A stretch of 64,000 nt of DNA from Solirubrobacterales bacterium (lineage in GTDB: Bacteria > Actinomycetota > Thermoleophilia > Solirubrobacterales > 70-9). Numbering within the stretch: position 1 is the stretch's first letter; every line of letters begins with the position of its first letter. Shown one piece after another: positions 61,142-64,000 of this stretch. The stretch spans positions 1,696 through 65,695 of the forward strand of contig DASSYI010000007.1 in assembly GCA_035703365.1 (NCBI GenBank). The letters are read 5' to 3'. The notes under the pieces were generated by a model that saw only the letters and a list, made by a program, of their open reading frames with translations, was not told where the DNA came from and searched no databases. The position numbers and the translations under genes were made by a program.

Positions 61142-61798
61142 CTAGCGCCTCGCGGTGAGTCCCTGTAGAACGACCTCAACCGGGGAGCGATGCCTTCCGT
61201 TTTTCCCCGACGCGGCGGTCTCCAGACCGCCTGCAATCTCGCTTACCTGCGCGCTCAGGGTCCCAACTCCCTTGGCCGCCTTGGCGACGTCCTTGGAGTC
61301 CACCTTGATCTTCGGCGCCTTGACCTTGATCTTCGGCCTCCGCGTCATCGCCTTGCCGAGCCCGCTCTTTTTGCCGCCTTTGGAGGCGGCCAGAGCGAGA
61401 CCACCAGCGGCTCCGGCTACGGCCGCTCCGCTGGCGACGAGCGGGACCTTCGCTTTGCTCGCGGCTTTGCCGACGCTCTTGCCGGCGCTCTTGGCTTTGC
61501 CGCCGATGTCCTCGACCGCGTGTTTCACGGCATCGACGTTCGAGTGTTTGCTCGACGAGCCGTTCGACCGCGATTTGCCGTTCGACGCGCCGTTGCCCGA
61601 GCTGGGGCGGGCTTTGCTGGCGACCGATTTCGCTTTCGCTTTCGCTTTCGCCGCGACTTTCGGTTTCGATGATCTCGAAGTCGATTTCGTCGATCTCGAT
61701 TTCGCCGCCGCTTTGGTCGCTTTCGGTTTCGACGATCTCGACGTCGATTTCGGTTTCGACGTCGATCGTTTTTTTGCTTTGGTTTTCGTCTGGGCCAT
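61142..61798 (-). CDS. Lys/Ser-rich low-complexity (histone H1-like tail) protein
   Basis: 218-aa ORF. The N-terminal 60 aa are KxK/STSRSSKPK repeats, followed by a central Ala/Gly hydrophobic patch and a C-terminal KIKVKAPKIKV. Confidence 0.6.
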   Translation of the reverse strand: MAQTKTKAKKRSTSKPKSTSRSSKPKATKAAAKSRSTKSTSRSSKPKVAAKAKAKAKSVASKARPSSGNGASNGKSRSNGSSSKHSNVDAVKHAVEDIGGKAKSAGKSVGKAASKAKVPLVASGAAVAGAAGGLALAASKGGKKSGLGKAMTRRPKIKVKAPKIKVDSKDVAKAAKGVGTLSAQVSEIAGGLETAASGKNGRHRSPVEVVLQGLTARR

Positions 61799-61882
61799 CG
61801 TCCTCTCTCCTCGGAGCTTTGTTCCCTTTGTGGATCCCGTGACTGGCTCAATAGATCGGGTACCCGATCTATTGCAGGGAAA

Positions 61883-62884
61883 TCAGCATGGACGGATGGC
61901 TGCAGCGCTTTTCACCGCCTCGAAGGCGCGGCCGGGGATGCGCTTCAGCTGGTTGAGGTTCTCGTCGTCCCAGCGGCGGTCGCTGGTTCCCGAGAAGAAC
62001 CAGTTGGAGCCGTTGTCGGCGACGATCAGGCCGTAGCGCTTCATCGCCACGGCGATCGTTTTTGCGGGGCCGCTGAGGCGGCCGAGGGGGTAGCCGGCCT
62101 TGAGGCGCAGGCGCAGCCCCATCGGCGGCGCACTCGCGGCAGAGGTGTCGCCGGCGCAGTGCGAGGCTGGGTGGACCCAGGCGTTGCGGGTGCTCTCGAC
62201 GGTGACCCGGATCGCGTGGTCGAGGCGGCCGGAGGCGACCTCGTCGTAGCGGAGGAGGCCGGGGAAGATCGGCAGGCCGGCGGCGTCGGCCGAGGTCCAG
62301 CCGTCGGGGCGGCGGGCGGCGGAGCGCAGGTCCCACTCGGTGCCCGAGTCGGCGTTCCAGTGGGGTCGCGGCTTGGCGACGTAGAAAGCGCGGTAGAGCT
62401 CGTAGAGCTTGCAGGCGGCGCGGTCGACGACGAGCACGTGGCGGTCGCCGTCGCTGCGGTTGCCGCCCTCGACCGGGGCGCCGGCCGGGGCCGGGAACGG
62501 CCCGGGGTCGCTCTCGTCGCCGTAGGCGGTGTAGTGGACCGGCAGCTGCCGCTGACCGGCGCCGACGACGGAGTAGGGGAACCCGTAGGCGCGCGGCGAG
62601 CCGAAGTCCGGGTGGAGGACGTCGCCGCCGTGGCCGTTTATGTAGGCGATGTAGGCGTTCGAGCGCGGGTCCCGCGGCGCCTTCGAGACGTCCTGGTTCC
62701 AAGCCGCCTCGGTCGGCAGCGAGGGCGCCCGCGGCGAGAGCGACGCGGGCGGGCTCGGGAAGACCGTGCAGGGGGAGAGGGCGGGGTAAGGGCCGACGGC
62801 GTTGGCCGAGGAAGTGATGAAGACGAGCGCGACGAGAGCTCCCATCAGTCCCACAAGCACAGCGGTGTTCCTTTTCCCCCTCAT
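61883..62884 (-). CDS. Secreted hypothetical protein
   Basis: Trimmed to ATG at 62884 (MRGKRNTAVLVGLMGALVALVFITSSANA signal). I recognised no family for the 333-aa product. Confidence 0.65.
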   Translation of the reverse strand: MRGKRNTAVLVGLMGALVALVFITSSANAVGPYPALSPCTVFPSPPASLSPRAPSLPTEAAWNQDVSKAPRDPRSNAYIAYINGHGGDVLHPDFGSPRAYGFPYSVVGAGQRQLPVHYTAYGDESDPGPFPAPAGAPVEGGNRSDGDRHVLVVDRAACKLYELYRAFYVAKPRPHWNADSGTEWDLRSAARRPDGWTSADAAGLPIFPGLLRYDEVASGRLDHAIRVTVESTRNAWVHPASHCAGDTSAASAPPMGLRLRLKAGYPLGRLSGPAKTIAVAMKRYGLIVADNGSNWFFSGTSDRRWDDENLNQLKRIPGRAFEAVKSAAAIRPC

Positions 62885-62994
62885 AGGGTGGATAAGGCAC
62901 ACCGCTGAGTAGAGCGCGCCGCGGGCTTCGGCCCCGCGTGCCTTGGCGTTCGCCTTGGCGAGCTTCATGCCGGGCAGGCTAGCCTGACGCCCCG

Positions 62995-63711
62995 ATGAGC
63001 CTGGACGAGCGTCCGACCCTGCTGGCGGTCCAGCACGTGCCCTGGGAGGGGCCGCACCGGATCCTCGACGCCTGCGGCGCGCTGCGGGTGCGGACGGCGA
63101 AACCGCTCGCCGGCCAGCCGCTGCCCGACCACGACGAGGTCGCCGGCGCCGTCTTCATGGGCGGGCCGATGAACGTCGACGAAGTCGAGCGCCACCCGGC
63201 GCTCGCGGCCGAGCGCGAGTGGCTGGCCGCGGCGGTCGAGCGCGGGATGCCGGTGCTCGGCGTCTGCCTCGGTGCGCAGCTGCTGGCTCGGGCGCTCGGC
63301 GCCGAGGTGCGGCCGGGGGAAGCGCCGGAGATCGGTTTCGCCCCGGTCGAGGTCGCCGACCCCGCCGACCCGCTGCTCGGCGGCCTCGCGCCGCGGACCG
63401 AGGTCCTCCACTGGCACGGGGACGTGTTCGACCTGCCGGCCGGCGCCGAGCACCTCGCCTCCTCCGAGCTCACCGCCTGCCAAGCCTTCCGCGCCGGCAA
63501 CGCCTGGGGCGTGCTCTTCCACCCCGAGGCCGACTTCGCCCTGGTCGAGGCCTGGCTGGCGGTGCCGGCGATGGTCGAGGAGGCGGTCGCGGCGCTCGGC
63601 GAGCGCGGGACGCACGAGCTGCCGGAACGCGCCGCCGCGCTGGAGGCGGGGCTGGTCGAGCGCACCGCGCCGGGCTTCGCCGCCTTCGCTGAAATCGTCG
63701 CCGCCGGGTAG
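62995..63711 (+). CDS. Class I glutamine amidotransferase-like protein
   Basis: Nucleophile elbow PVLGVCLGAQLLA and HWHGDVF, in a 238-aa ORF. Confidence 0.85.
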   Translation: MSLDERPTLLAVQHVPWEGPHRILDACGALRVRTAKPLAGQPLPDHDEVAGAVFMGGPMNVDEVERHPALAAEREWLAAAVERGMPVLGVCLGAQLLARALGAEVRPGEAPEIGFAPVEVADPADPLLGGLAPRTEVLHWHGDVFDLPAGAEHLASSELTACQAFRAGNAWGVLFHPEADFALVEAWLAVPAMVEEAVAALGERGTHELPERAAALEAGLVERTAPGFAAFAEIVAAG

Positions 63712-63721
63712 GGGAGGGGCG

Positions 63722-64000
63722 ATGGAGATCTGCCTGATGGTCGAGGGACAGGAGGACGTGACCTGGGAGGACTGGCGCGCCCTCGCCGCCGCCTGCGAAG
63801 AGCACGGCGTCGGGACGATGTTCCGCTCCGACCACTACCTCTCGGTCGACGACAAGCGCGAGCGCGGCTCGCTCGACGCCTGGGGGACGATCGCGGCGCT
63901 CGCCGCCGTGACCGAGAAGCTGCGGCTGGGGACGATGGTCTCGCCGGCGACCTTCCGCCATCCCGCCGTGCTGGCGAAGCTGGCAGTGACCGCCGACCAC
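63722..64000 (+). CDS. Luciferase-like monooxygenase / F420-dependent oxidoreductase (5' partial; runs off the window)
   Basis: Untracked open frame from ATG at 63722: MEICLMVEGQEDVTWEDWRALAAACEEHGVGTMFRSDHY..., typical of the LLM-class N-terminus. Confidence 0.7.
   Translation, partial: MEICLMVEGQEDVTWEDWRALAAACEEHGVGTMFRSDHYLSVDDKRERGSLDAWGTIAALAAVTEKLRLGTMVSPATFRHPAVLAKLAVTADH

Overview
This is a 64-kb high-GC bacterial chromosomal window, roughly 70% GC by eye, apart from a patch of about 2 kb at roughly 50-55% GC (48.6-50.6 kb). Gene content looks like Actinomycetota, possibly Thermoleophilia or Rubrobacteria; that taxon call is inference only. I call about 80 tightly packed genes, many with 1-4 nt start/stop overlaps.

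Main blocks, in order:
- Housekeeping genes: CBS protein, alr, cca, infA.
- A minus-strand operon joining a small GatC/AtzG-like ORF, an amidase, an ABC-2 exporter and a GH63-like hydrolase.
- A canonical A-type cytochrome c oxidase operon (ctaC-ctaD-X-ctaE plus an untracked mini-ORF), with ctaA and a dihaem cytochrome c nearby.
- A second, degenerate oxidase-like cluster: a CuA-less subunit II-like gene, a subunit I-like gene lacking 5 of 6 metal-ligand histidines, ctaB, and small membrane ORFs.
- Lipid and redox genes (PAP2, flippase-like, trxB) and a vapBC pair.
- An alkylsulfatase, a beta-oxidation cluster and an antioxidant cluster (Prx, OsmC, MsrA).
- tRNA-Pro.
- tRNA-Arg carrying a roughly 4.4-kb integrase island bounded by 45-nt direct repeats.
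- A three-gene cluster of exported proteins with Ig-like repeats and a shared leader and C-terminal domain.
- A cluster of low-complexity proteins, including one with ten 11-residue repeats and a C-terminal E3-binding-like module.

No rRNA genes or CRISPR arrays were seen. Many long antisense ORFs in the track are high-GC shadow ORFs and were rejected. All family assignments come from motif recognition by eye, not from database searches.
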